From: an uncultured Actinomycetes bacterium | GTDB lineage: Bacteria; Actinomycetota; Thermoleophilia; Gaiellales; Gaiellaceae | NCBI GenBank assembly: GCA_963796265.1 | Contig: CAWCLA010000004.1 | Coordinates: 5,873-69,872, forward strand | Reading direction: 5' to 3' | Length of the DNA: 64,000 nt | Shown here: positions 18,603 to 28,023 of the stretch, one piece after another | Layout of the letters: each line of letters opens with the position of its first letter | Position numbering within the stretch: position 1 is the stretch's first letter | The notes under the pieces: model-generated | Seen by the model: the letters and a program-made list of their open reading frames with translations, nothing else | Database searches by the model: none | Told to the model about the DNA's origin: nothing | Translations under genes and position numbers: made by a program

Positions 18603-19792
18603 CCGCGCTCGACACCGAGATCCGGGGCGAGCTCGACGGGCTGCGGACGGCGGGGACGTACAAGCGGTTCAACATCCTCGAGAGCCCGCAGGGGCCGGTG
18701 GTGCGGATGGAGGGCCGCGGCGAGGTGATCGTCCTCTCCTCGAACAACTACCTCGGCCTCGCCGACCACCCCGACGTCGTCGCGGCGGGAATCGAGGGGC
18801 TGCGCGCCTACGGCGCGGGAACCGCGTCGGTGCGCTTCATCTGCGGCACCTTCGCCCCGCACATCGAGCTCGAGCGGGAGCTCGCCGAGCTCTCCGAGAC
18901 GCCGGCGGCGCTCACGTACGTCTCCTGTTGGAACGCGAACGAGGCCGTGATCCCCGCGCTCACCGACGACAAGACGGTGATCATCTCGGACGAGCTCAAC
19001 CACGCCTCGGTCATCGACGGCGTGCGGCTCTCGAAGCCGGAGCGCAAGCTCGTGTACCGCCACTCGGACATGGACGAGCTCGGGGAGGCGCTGCGCTCGT
19101 GCGAGCCCGGCCGGCGCAAGCTGGTCCTCACGGACGGCGTCTTCTCGATGGAGGGCGACCTCGTGCGGCTGCCGGACATCCTCGAGCTCGCGCGCGCACA
19201 CGACGCGATCGTGCTCGTCGACGACTCCCACGGCGTGGGCGTGGTCGGGAAGACCGGGCGGGGTGTCGCCGAGCACTTCGGCGTCCTCGGCGAGGTCGAC
19301 GTGCTGACGGGCACGCTCGGCAAGGCGCTCGGCGGCGCGGCGGGCGGCTACGTGGCCTCGACCGAGGAGGTGTGCGACCTGCTCGCGCAGCGCTCCCGGC
19401 CACAGCTCTTCTCCAACGCGCTGCCGCCGACGGTCGCCTGCTCGGCCCGCGCCGCCGTCCACGTCCTCCGCACCCGTCCGGACCTCGTCGCCCGTCTGCA
19501 CGAGAACACGCGCTGGTTCCGGGGCGCGCTCCGCGAGGCGGGATTCGATCCGCTGCCCGGCGAGGCGGCCATCATCCCGATCATCGTCGGCGAGACGGCG
19601 CGCGCAATCGAGCTGTCGGAGAAGCTGCTCGAGCGCGGCGTCTTCGTGACCGGTTTCGGCTACCCGGTCGTGCCGGAGGGGGCGGCGCGGGTCCGGGTGC
19701 AGATGTCGGCGGCGCTCGAGCCCGCACACCTCGAGCGCGCACTCGCCGCCTTCGTCGAGGTCGGACGCGAGAGCGGCCTGCTCCCGGCCTGA
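18599..19792 (+). CDS. kbl: Glycine C-acetyltransferase (2-amino-3-ketobutyrate CoA ligase)
   Basis: SSNNYLGLADHP..DELNHASVIDG..DDSHGVGVVG..TGTLGKALGG (PLP Lys). The GTG overlaps the tdh stop (GTGA). Confidence 0.92.
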   Translation: MTALDTEIRGELDGLRTAGTYKRFNILESPQGPVVRMEGRGEVIVLSSNNYLGLADHPDVVAAGIEGLRAYGAGTASVRFICGTFAPHIELERELAELSETPAALTYVSCWNANEAVIPALTDDKTVIISDELNHASVIDGVRLSKPERKLVYRHSDMDELGEALRSCEPGRRKLVLTDGVFSMEGDLVRLPDILELARAHDAIVLVDDSHGVGVVGKTGRGVAEHFGVLGEVDVLTGTLGKALGGAAGGYVASTEEVCDLLAQRSRPQLFSNALPPTVACSARAAVHVLRTRPDLVARLHENTRWFRGALREAGFDPLPGEAAIIPIIVGETARAIELSEKLLERGVFVTGFGYPVVPEGAARVRVQMSAALEPAHLERALAAFVEVGRESGLLPA

Positions 19793-19902
19793 GCGAGACA
19801 TCGGGGTAAACCCGGAGGCCCAGAGCCGCATCGTCGCGGATGCGCGCGGCTGCCGGCCTCGGGATGCTGGGATTCCCGAGAGAAGTCGAGGAGGAGAGTC
19901 TG

Positions 19903-21036
19903 ATGGCATCTGCAGCGAAGGAAGCCGACCTCGCCGGTCCGGGCATCGGCAGCTACGACGAGCTCGAGCGCGTGCTCCCGGACGACTACACGCCGCTGCT
20001 CGGCCCGAGGGAGACCATGCGCGGTCTCTTCGCCGCGAAGCGACTGATCGAGGACCGGTTGAGCGAGGAGCTGAACCTCACCCAGGTGCAGGTGCCGCTG
20101 ATCGTCGACCGCGAGAGCGGCGTGAACGACTACCTCGACCGTGACGGCTCACGCACGCCCGTCTCCTTCCACATAGCGAACGACCACGAGCAGCACCCGA
20201 TCGACGCCGAGGTCGTACAGGCGGCGACGAAGTGGAAGCGGCTGGCGCTGCGCCAGTTCGGGATGCGGGCCGGCGAGGGGCTCCTCACCGACATGCGGGC
20301 GGTGCGCAAGGACTACTTCCTCGACCACGACCACAGCGCGTACGTCGACCAGTGGGACTGGGAGCGCGCGATCCGGCCGCAGGACCGCACGCTCGACTAC
20401 CTCACGGCCACGGTGCGCTCGATCTGGAAGGTGATCAAGGAGGCGGAGGGTCTTCTCCACGAGCGCTACCCCGTGCTCGGCGAGGCGTATCCGCCCCTGC
20501 CCGACGAGCTCGAGCTCCTCCACGCCGAGGACCTCCTCGAGGCCTATCCGGACCTCCCGCGGAAGCAGCGCGAGACGGCGATCCTGCAGGAGCATCCCGC
20601 GGTCTTCATCTACGGGATCGGCTGGCCGCTCGCCGACGGGCTGCCGCACGAGCTGCGGGCGGCGGACTACGACGACTGGTCGACGGAGACCCTCTCCGCC
20701 GACGGGCGCCCGATGCACGGGCTCAACGGGGACATCCTCGTCTGGAATCCCGTCACGCAACGGCGGCACGAGCTCATGTCGGGCGGCATCCGCGTCACGA
20801 AGGAGTCGCTCGTCCGCCAGCTCGAGCTGTCAAGGCAGCTCGACTTCCTCGAGCTCCCCTACCACCAGGCGATCATGCGGGACGAGATCCCACTCTCGAT
20901 CGGCGCCGGCATCGGCCAGTCGCGGACGATGATGCTCCTCCTGCGCAAGGCCCATCTCGGCGAGGTGAGCGTCACGGTCTGGCCGCAGGTGCTGAAGCGG
21001 ATGTGCGCAGAGCGGGACATCCACGTACTCGACTGA
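19903..21036 (+). CDS. asnA: Aspartate-ammonia ligase (asparagine synthetase A)
   Basis: HSAYVDQWDWERAI, APDYDDWS-like AADYDDWS, LNGDILVWNPV and SIGAGIGQSRTMMLLL match E. coli AsnA blocks. ATG at 19903 after GGAGGAG. Confidence 0.88.
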   Translation: MASAAKEADLAGPGIGSYDELERVLPDDYTPLLGPRETMRGLFAAKRLIEDRLSEELNLTQVQVPLIVDRESGVNDYLDRDGSRTPVSFHIANDHEQHPIDAEVVQAATKWKRLALRQFGMRAGEGLLTDMRAVRKDYFLDHDHSAYVDQWDWERAIRPQDRTLDYLTATVRSIWKVIKEAEGLLHERYPVLGEAYPPLPDELELLHAEDLLEAYPDLPRKQRETAILQEHPAVFIYGIGWPLADGLPHELRAADYDDWSTETLSADGRPMHGLNGDILVWNPVTQRRHELMSGGIRVTKESLVRQLELSRQLDFLELPYHQAIMRDEIPLSIGAGIGQSRTMMLLLRKAHLGEVSVTVWPQVLKRMCAERDIHVLD

Positions 21037-21081
21037 AGGAGCATGATTCCCGCTTCGGAGCTTCTCTCGTAGGATCACCGG

Positions 21082-24000
21082 ATGGCGTGCCGGTTCTGTG
21101 GCGCCGAGAATCGAGAAGAGGCCCGCTTTTGCGATGCGTGCGGCGCCGCGCTCGAGCCTCCGGCGAAGACGCCTGCCGAGGAGCGCAAGGTCGTGTCGGT
21201 GCTGTTCGGCGACCTCGTCGGCTTTACGGAGGCCTCCGAGACGGCCGACCCCGAGGATGTGCGGGCGAGGCTCCGCCCATTCCACGAGCTGCTGCGAGAG
21301 CGGATCGAGGCGTACGGGGGCACGGTGGAGAAGTTCATCGGAGATGCCGTGATGGCCGTCTTCGGCGCCCCTCAGGCACACGAGGACGATGCCGAGCGCG
21401 CCGTCCGTGCCGGGCTTGCGATCCTCGAGGCACTGGCCGCGCTGAATGCCGAAGACCCGGCGCTTTCCCTCGCCGTCCGGATCGGGATCAACACCGGGGA
21501 GGCGCTGGTCGAGCTCGAGGCGCATCCCGAGCACGGTGAGGGATTCGTGACCGGCGACGTGGTCAACACCGCCGCGCGGATCCAGTCGGCGGCCCCGGTC
21601 GGGGGAGTCGCCGTCGGCGAGGACACGTTCCGTGCGACGGAGCCCGTGTTCGAATGGGAGCGCCTGCCCGCGGCAGAGGTGAAGGGCAAGGCCGAGCCCG
21701 TCGCGCTGTGGCGGCCGCTGGCGGCGCGGGCGAGATTCGGCTCCGACCTGATCCGCCGGCTCTCGACACCTCTCGTCGGCCGCGAGCTCGACGTCCTCCA
21801 GCTACGAACGGTGTTCGAGAAGGCGGCCAGAGAGCCGGCGGTGCAGCTCGTCACGATTGTCGGCGAGCCGGGCGTCGGGAAGAGCCGGCTCGTAGCCGAG
21901 CTCGGCGCTCACGTCGACTCCCTGCCGGAACTCGTCCGCTGGCGCCAGGGGCGGTCCCTCCCCTACGGCGAGGGCGTTGCCTTCTGGGCGCTCGGGGAGA
22001 TGGTGAAGGCCCAGGCGGGCATCTACGAGTCCGATCCGCCCGACGAGGCGGAACGAAAGCTCGAGCGGGTGCTTCCCCAGGTCGACGAGGCGGCCTGGCT
22101 GAAGGCATGCCTCTTGCCGCTGCTCGGGATCGACTCGGGTAGCTCGCCCAGCAGGGAGGAGTCGTTCACAGCCTGGCGCCGCTTCCTGGAGTCGATCGCC
22201 GAGCGAACGCCCGCCGTGCTCGTGTTCGAGGATCTGCACTGGGCGGACGACCCGCTGCTCGACTTTCTCGAGTATTTCGCCGACTGGGCGCAGGGCGTTC
22301 CGCTCCTCGTCGTCTGCACGGCGCGGCCCGAGCTGTACCAACGCCGTCCGGCGTGGGGAGCGGGCCTGCGCAATGCGACGACCCTCAGCGTGTTCCCGCT
22401 GTCGGCGTCGGAGACGGCGACACTCGTCTCCGCGCTCCTCGAGCAGGCGGTGCTGCCGGCGGAGACGCAGCAGGCGATCCTCGAGCGCGCGGGCGGCAAC
22501 CCGCTGTACGCCGAGGAGTTCGTGCGCATGCTGCGCGACCGGGGCCTCGTCGACGGGCGAGGCAACCTGTACACGCCGGCCGACGTCCCGTTCCCCGACT
22601 CGCTGCAGGCGCTGATCGCCGCACGGCTCGACACGCTTCCGGGCGACGCAAAGTCGCTTCTACAGGACGCGGCGGTGCTGGGGAAGGTCTTCTGGTCGGG
22701 AGCCGTCACGGCGATCGGCGAGCGCGATCCGGTCGAGGTCGAGCGGATCCTGCACGAGCTTGCTCGCAAGGAGCTCGTTCGTCCGGCCCGGCAGTCGTCG
22801 ATGCAGCGCGAGCACGAGTTCGGCTTCTGGCACGTCCTCGTGCGTGACGTGGCGTACGGACAGATTCCCCGTGCCCAGCGCGCCGCAAAGCACCTCGCCG
22901 CGGCACGGTGGATCGAGGAGAAGGCCGGAGAGCGAGTCGAGGACCTCGCCGACGTGCTCGCCTACCACACGGGTGAGGCGCTCTCGCTCACGGAGGCCGC
23001 GGGGGCGGCCGGCGTCACCGACGCGATCGCCGAGAACGCACGCCGGTATGCACTGCTGGCAGGAGAGCGCACACTCGGCTTGGACACCACGAAGGCGGTG
23101 GAGCTCTTCGAGCGGGCACTGCAGCTCACGCCGGAGTCGGACCCAAGCTACCCGCACGTGCTCTCGCGGGTCGCCCGGGCGGGATTTCACGCAGGTCGTG
23201 TCGCCGAGGCCAATGACGCGCAGGCACGGGTTGTCGCGCTCTTCCGCGAACGCGGGGACACGCGTGCCACCGGCGCCGCGCTGACGAGCCTCAACCTGTT
23301 CAGCGCAGGCGTGGAATGGGAGACGATCGAAGAGGCGATCGCCCTGCTCGAGCAGGTCCCGCCCGGCCCCGAGCTCGTTCTCGCCTACGAGCAGGCCGCC
23401 GGGATCATGCTCGTGACCGGCAACTACGAGGGCGCGGTCGCGACCTCGACGCGTGCACTCGAGCTCGCACGAGAGCTCTCACTTCCGGTGCCGGCCCGCA
23501 CGCTCGGCTTCCGCGGCAGCGTTCGATGCAACCTCGGCGACCGAGACGGGCTGGCCGAGCTCGAGCAGGCCCGTGAGCTCCTGCTCAGGGAGGGCCATGG
23601 ACGTGATGCCGTCGTGGCGACACACAACCTCGCGATCGCCCACTGGACGCTCGAGGGCTCGGCTGCCGCGCTTCCGCTCTTCGAGGAGGCGCGCGCGCTC
23701 GCAACCACGCGCGGCTTGACCGAAACCCGGCTCTCGAACGCCGTGACCCCGCTCTACCACCTGGTGGAGACGGGCCGCCTCGAAGAGACGATCGCACTCG
23801 CGGCAGATCTGCACGACGAGGTCGACGCCTCCCAGATCCCTGTCTACGCGGCCCAGCTCAGCGCGGCGGCCGCCCGCGCGTTCTACGAGGTCGGGGACCC
23901 GGCGGCCGGGGCCGAGGCCGAGCGTGGGCTCGCAATAGCGCGCGGGCTGAACTATCCCACGGTGCTCGCCATTGCCGCGGCGCCCGCCGCACTGTGCGCA

Positions 24001-24474
24001 GCCGGCGCGGGCGACGCGGCAACGGCGCGCGCTCTGTTGGCCGAGTTGCTCGACTGGCCGGAGCGGACGGTGAACGAGGAGTACCTCGGTCGCCTGCCGG
24101 CCCTGGTCCGGTGTGCGCTCGTCGCCGGCGACGACGCACTCGCGGCCCGCCTCGTCGAGGGCGTCAGCGATGTCCAGCCGCTCTACGAGAACGCGCTCGT
24201 CGCCGCCCGGGCCCAGGTGATCGAGGCGGAAGGCGACCGCCGTGCAGCCGAGACCGCGTTCGGTGACGCGGCACGACGCTGGGAGGCGTTCGGCAGCACC
24301 CTCGAGCAGGCCTACGCGCTGCTCGGGGCAGGACGCTGCCTCGCCGGGCTCGGCGACCGTGCCGCCGAGCAGACGTTGCGCCGGTCGCGGGCGCTCTTCG
24401 ACGCCATGGGTGCACGCCCGCGCATCGCCGAGTGCGATGGACTGCTCTCCGGCACCCTGGCCGAGGGCGCGTAG
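21082..24474 (+). CDS. Zinc-ribbon / class III nucleotidyl cyclase / STAND (AAA_16) ATPase / TPR multidomain protein
   Basis: CRFCGAEN..CDACGA; cyclase motifs FGDLVGFT, KFIGDAVMAVFG and GINTGEALV; Walker A GEPGVGKSRL; Walker B LVFEDLHWAD; a long helical-repeat C-terminus. I saw no LuxR-type HTH at the end. Confidence 0.85.
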   Translation: MACRFCGAENREEARFCDACGAALEPPAKTPAEERKVVSVLFGDLVGFTEASETADPEDVRARLRPFHELLRERIEAYGGTVEKFIGDAVMAVFGAPQAHEDDAERAVRAGLAILEALAALNAEDPALSLAVRIGINTGEALVELEAHPEHGEGFVTGDVVNTAARIQSAAPVGGVAVGEDTFRATEPVFEWERLPAAEVKGKAEPVALWRPLAARARFGSDLIRRLSTPLVGRELDVLQLRTVFEKAAREPAVQLVTIVGEPGVGKSRLVAELGAHVDSLPELVRWRQGRSLPYGEGVAFWALGEMVKAQAGIYESDPPDEAERKLERVLPQVDEAAWLKACLLPLLGIDSGSSPSREESFTAWRRFLESIAERTPAVLVFEDLHWADDPLLDFLEYFADWAQGVPLLVVCTARPELYQRRPAWGAGLRNATTLSVFPLSASETATLVSALLEQAVLPAETQQAILERAGGNPLYAEEFVRMLRDRGLVDGRGNLYTPADVPFPDSLQALIAARLDTLPGDAKSLLQDAAVLGKVFWSGAVTAIGERDPVEVERILHELARKELVRPARQSSMQREHEFGFWHVLVRDVAYGQIPRAQRAAKHLAAARWIEEKAGERVEDLADVLAYHTGEALSLTEAAGAAGVTDAIAENARRYALLAGERTLGLDTTKAVELFERALQLTPESDPSYPHVLSRVARAGFHAGRVAEANDAQARVVALFRERGDTRATGAALTSLNLFSAGVEWETIEEAIALLEQVPPGPELVLAYEQAAGIMLVTGNYEGAVATSTRALELARELSLPVPARTLGFRGSVRCNLGDRDGLAELEQARELLLREGHGRDAVVATHNLAIAHWTLEGSAAALPLFEEARALATTRGLTETRLSNAVTPLYHLVETGRLEETIALAADLHDEVDASQIPVYAAQLSAAAARAFYEVGDPAAGAEAERGLAIARGLNYPTVLAIAAAPAALCAAGAGDAATARALLAELLDWPERTVNEEYLGRLPALVRCALVAGDDALAARLVEGVSDVQPLYENALVAARAQVIEAEGDRRAAETAFGDAARRWEAFGSTLEQAYALLGAGRCLAGLGDRAAEQTLRRSRALFDAMGARPRIAECDGLLSGTLAEGA

Positions 24475-24484
24475 GCTCGAAGGC

Positions 24485-25297
24485 TCAGCCGGCGGGCAGG
24501 CGGACGTCCGAGACGTCGAGGCCGAGGGAGTTCGCGAGCCGGACGCCGTGGTTCAGCTCCTCGCGAAGCCGCTCCCGGTCGCGCGCCTCCATCAGGTGCC
24601 CGATCATCTCGCGCACCTTCGGCCGCCACAGCACGTGGTTCGCGAAGATCGGGAGCATCGTGTTCGCCGCGTCGACGAGGCGGACGCGCACCTTCTGCCC
24701 CGCCGACGCGAGCAGCACCCGCTCGTACGCCATCCCGGCGCCATGGTGGATCCCGTCGTCGACGGCGAGCCGGTTGCAGAGGTCCTCGAGCACCGTCCCG
24801 CGCGACGAGCGCGCGATGAGGCGGAAGCGCGGGATGATCAGCCGCTCGAAGAAGACCTGCATGAGGAAGACCTTCTCCTCGAGCAGGTCGGCCTCGAGGA
24901 ACATGTGCGCGAGCTGGTCGAGAAACGGGTCGCGCTCCCCCTCCCCACCGACCTGGCCGATCAGCCGCAGCCACGCCTCGGTGTGGCGCGACTCGTCCTG
25001 CACCATCGTCGAGTAGTAGAGGCGCGCCTCCGGGTCGGGCGCGGCCGCGAGCAGCTGCGACGCCATCTCGCAGGCGAACACGTCCGCCTGGAGCTGCTGC
25101 ATGATCACCGAGCGCCAGATGTCCCGGCGCCGCGCCTGCCGCTGGGGCGACCCCTTCCCCTCCGGCACGAACGGGATGTCACCCCACGGCACGTCGGCCA
25201 CCTGCCATTCCTGGCGCTTCGCGAGGTGGTAGAAGCGGAGGACGCCCGCGTACTCCTCCCGGGACGCGGGTTCCGCAGGAACGGGGTCGGCGGACAT
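24485..25297 (-). CDS. Ferritin-like di-iron oxygenase family protein (AurF-like; tentative)
   Basis: 270 aa from the internal ATG. It has two carboxylate-His motifs (QDESRH and DDGIHH) in helical context. Confidence 0.6.
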   Translation of the reverse strand: MSADPVPAEPASREEYAGVLRFYHLAKRQEWQVADVPWGDIPFVPEGKGSPQRQARRRDIWRSVIMQQLQADVFACEMASQLLAAAPDPEARLYYSTMVQDESRHTEAWLRLIGQVGGEGERDPFLDQLAHMFLEADLLEEKVFLMQVFFERLIIPRFRLIARSSRGTVLEDLCNRLAVDDGIHHGAGMAYERVLLASAGQKVRVRLVDAANTMLPIFANHVLWRPKVREMIGHLMEARDRERLREELNHGVRLANSLGLDVSDVRLPAG

Positions 25298-25321
25298 CGC
25301 CCGGACCTTATCCTCAGCCGC

Positions 25322-25618
25322 GTGCTTGCACTCGTCTTCAGCTACGAGGTGCGCGACGCGGCGGAGTTCGAGCGCGTCTACGGGCGGGACGGCGAGTGGG
25401 CCGAGTTCTTCCGCCGGGGCCGCGGCTACGTCGGCACCGAGCTCCTGCGCGACGTCGAGGTGCCGGGCCGCTACCTCGTGATCGACCGCTGGGAGTCGGT
25501 CGACGCGTACAACGCCTTCGTCGCCGAGCATCGCGAGGAGTACATGGAGCGCGTCGACGCCACGCGCTTCCACTACGACAGCGAGCTCCGCTTCGGAACG
25601 TTCGACACGCTTTCGTGA
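25322..25618 (+). CDS. Antibiotic-biosynthesis-monooxygenase (ABM) domain protein
   Basis: 98 aa with FSYEVRDAAEFERVYG..GYVGTELLRD..YLVIDRWESVDAYNAF, the typical ferredoxin-like ABM pattern. GTG start (uncertain). Confidence 0.6.
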   Translation: MLALVFSYEVRDAAEFERVYGRDGEWAEFFRRGRGYVGTELLRDVEVPGRYLVIDRWESVDAYNAFVAEHREEYMERVDATRFHYDSELRFGTFDTLS

Positions 25619-25730
25619 CGGTGGCTGCCACCGGTCGCGCACTGCCGAAACAGGAGCGCCCGCCCGCCTCGCATTGCGAGGCAGCCGCCGCTTGAACCGC
25701 CGTATCGCGCAGGAGATAATCCAGGCGCCG

Positions 25731-27014
25731 ATGTCCGTCGAGGAACGCGCAAGCGCCGCCGAGAGGGTTCTCGCGGCGCGTGAACGCTATGTCGCCCGCG
25801 GCGTCTCGACGCCCGCACTCGTCGTCGCGCGCGCCGAGGGAGCGCGCGTCTGGGACGTCGACGGCCGTGAGTTCCTCGACTTCGCCGGCGGAATCGCGTG
25901 CCAGAACCTCGGCCACGGCCCGTCGGCGGTGGTGGCCGCGATCCACGAGCAGGTCGACCGCTACCTCCACCAGTGCTTCATGGTCGGGACGTACGAGCCG
26001 TACGTGGAGGTCTGCCGCCGGCTCGACGAGCTCTGGCCCGGCGACGCGGAGACGAAGTCGATCCTCGTCAACTCGGGTGCCGAGGCGGTCGAGAACGCAG
26101 TCAAGATCGCACGCGCGGCGACCGGGCGGGCCGGCGTCGTCGTCTTCGACCGCGCCTTCCACGGCCGGACGAGCCTCACGATGGCGATGACGGCGAAGCT
26201 CGTCTACAAGCAGGGATTCGGGCCTCTCGCGACGGACGTCTACCGCGCCCCGGCCCCGTATCCGTTCCGCGGCGTCTCGACGGAGGACGCGCTCGCCGGC
26301 CTCGAGCTCCTCTTCGAGCAGGACGTCGACCCGAAGTCCGTCGCCTGCATCGTGCTCGAGCCGGTGCAGGGCGAGGGCGGCTTCATCCCGATGCCGCCGG
26401 AGTTCGTGCAGGCGCTCCGCCACATCTGCGACGAGCACGGGATCCTCTACGTCGACGACGAGGTGCAGTCGGGCTGCGGACGCACGGGCACGATGTGGGC
26501 GATCGAGCAGCTGGGCGTCGAGCCGGACCTGCTCGTGTCGGGGAAGACGCTCGGCGGCGGGCTCCCGCTCGCAGGCGTGACCGGGCGCGCCGAGTTGATG
26601 GACGCCGTCCACGTCGGCGGGCTCGGCGGCACGTTCGGCGGGAACCCCGTCGCCTGCGCGGCCGCGCTCGCCGTGCTCGACGAGCTCGCGGCACCCGGCT
26701 TCGCCGAGCGGGCCGCGCACGTCGCGGCGGTTCTCCGCGGGCGGCTCGACGAGATCGCGGTCCGGCAGCCGCTCGCCGGAGAGGTGCGCGGCCTGGGCCC
26801 GATGCTCGCGCTCGAGCTGCGCGAGCCGACACCCGGCGCGGCGAAGGCGACGACCGCAGCCGCGTTCGACCAGGGGTTGCTCCTCCTCTCGTGCGGCCTG
26901 TACGGGAACGTCATCCGGCTCCTCCCGCCGCTCACCGCGTCGGACGAGGAGCTCGAGCGCGGGCTGACGCTGCTGGAGGAGGCACTTGGCGACGCTGGCG
27001 CTCACGGCGGCTGA
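25731..27014 (+). CDS. gabT: 4-aminobutyrate (omega-amino acid) aminotransferase, class III
   Basis: DFAGGIACQNLGH..NSGAEAVENAVKIAR..FHGRT..EPVQGEGGF..DEVQSGCGRTG..SGKTLGGGLP. Confidence 0.88.
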   Translation: MSVEERASAAERVLAARERYVARGVSTPALVVARAEGARVWDVDGREFLDFAGGIACQNLGHGPSAVVAAIHEQVDRYLHQCFMVGTYEPYVEVCRRLDELWPGDAETKSILVNSGAEAVENAVKIARAATGRAGVVVFDRAFHGRTSLTMAMTAKLVYKQGFGPLATDVYRAPAPYPFRGVSTEDALAGLELLFEQDVDPKSVACIVLEPVQGEGGFIPMPPEFVQALRHICDEHGILYVDDEVQSGCGRTGTMWAIEQLGVEPDLLVSGKTLGGGLPLAGVTGRAELMDAVHVGGLGGTFGGNPVACAAALAVLDELAAPGFAERAAHVAAVLRGRLDEIAVRQPLAGEVRGLGPMLALELREPTPGAAKATTAAAFDQGLLLLSCGLYGNVIRLLPPLTASDEELERGLTLLEEALGDAGAHGG

Positions 27015-28023
27015 GACCGAGCAGGCCCCCGGCACGCCGGCCGTCCGCCTCAGCGGCATCCGCCGCGTCTACGGCGACGTCGTCGCAGTCGGCGGCGTCG
27101 ACCTCGACATCGCGGCCGGCGAGTTCTTCACGCTCCTCGGGCCGTCCGGCTCGGGCAAGACGACGACGCTGCGCGTGATCGCCGGCTTCGAGCGCCCCGA
27201 CGCCGGCCGAGTCGAGCTGCAGGGAGTCGACGTGACGCGCGTCGCGCCGTCGCAGCGCGCCGTCAACACCGTCTTCCAGGACTACGCACTCTTCCCGCAT
27301 ATGACGGTGGCCGAGAACGTCGAGTACGGGCTGCGCGTCCGGGGGATCTCGCGCCGTGAGCGCCGCGAGCGCGCCGGGGCCGTGCTCGAGCGGGTGCGGC
27401 TGCCGGGACTGGGCGACCGCAAGACGGCGCAGCTCTCCGGCGGCCAGCGCCAGCGCGTCGCGCTCGCGCGCGCGATCGTGAACCGGCCGCCCGTCCTCCT
27501 GCTCGACGAGCCGCTCGGGGCACTCGACCTGAAGCTGCGCCAGGAGATGCAGACCTTCCTCAAGGCGCTCCAGCGCGACCTCGGCATCACGTTCGTCTAC
27601 GTCACGCACGACCAGGAGGAGGCGCTCACGATGAGCGACCGGCTCGCCGTCTTCCACGAGGGCCGCATCGAGCAGGTCGGCTCGCCCGCGGACGTCTACG
27701 AGCACCCGCAGAGCGAGTTCGTCGCCGGCTTCGTCGGCGTCTCGAACGTCCTCGAGCGCGGCGGCAGGCGCTTCACGATTCGCCCGGAGAAGATCCACAT
27801 GACCGACGAAGGTGGCGGCGGCGAGGTGGGCGTCGTCAGAGATGTCGTCTACGTCGGGATGATCACCCGCTACACGGTCGAGCTCGACTCGGGGGGCGAG
27901 CTCACGGTCGTCCGCCAGAACCTCGAGACGTCTTCCCAGCAAGCGCTCGAAGAGCGAGGCAAGCGCGTCTCGCTCTCGTGGCGGCCCGAGCACACCTACG
28001 AGATCGACAAGGAGGCGAAGTGA
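26986..28023 (+). CDS. Polyamine-type ABC transporter ATP-binding protein (PotA-like)
   Basis: GPSGSGKTT, LSGGQRQRVALARA and LLLDEPLGALD. The TTG start overlaps the gabT end. Confidence 0.9.
   Translation: MATLALTAAETEQAPGTPAVRLSGIRRVYGDVVAVGGVDLDIAAGEFFTLLGPSGSGKTTTLRVIAGFERPDAGRVELQGVDVTRVAPSQRAVNTVFQDYALFPHMTVAENVEYGLRVRGISRRERRERAGAVLERVRLPGLGDRKTAQLSGGQRQRVALARAIVNRPPVLLLDEPLGALDLKLRQEMQTFLKALQRDLGITFVYVTHDQEEALTMSDRLAVFHEGRIEQVGSPADVYEHPQSEFVAGFVGVSNVLERGGRRFTIRPEKIHMTDEGGGGEVGVVRDVVYVGMITRYTVELDSGGELTVVRQNLETSSQQALEERGKRVSLSWRPEHTYEIDKEAK

Noticed and set aside
19840-19902. A longer AsnA starting at the upstream ATG (MRAAAGLGMLGFPREVEEESL..).
   Set aside because: The internal ATG at 19903 has a well-placed GGAGGAG. 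The extension has no counterpart in AsnA and a low-complexity composition. It cannot be excluded without data.
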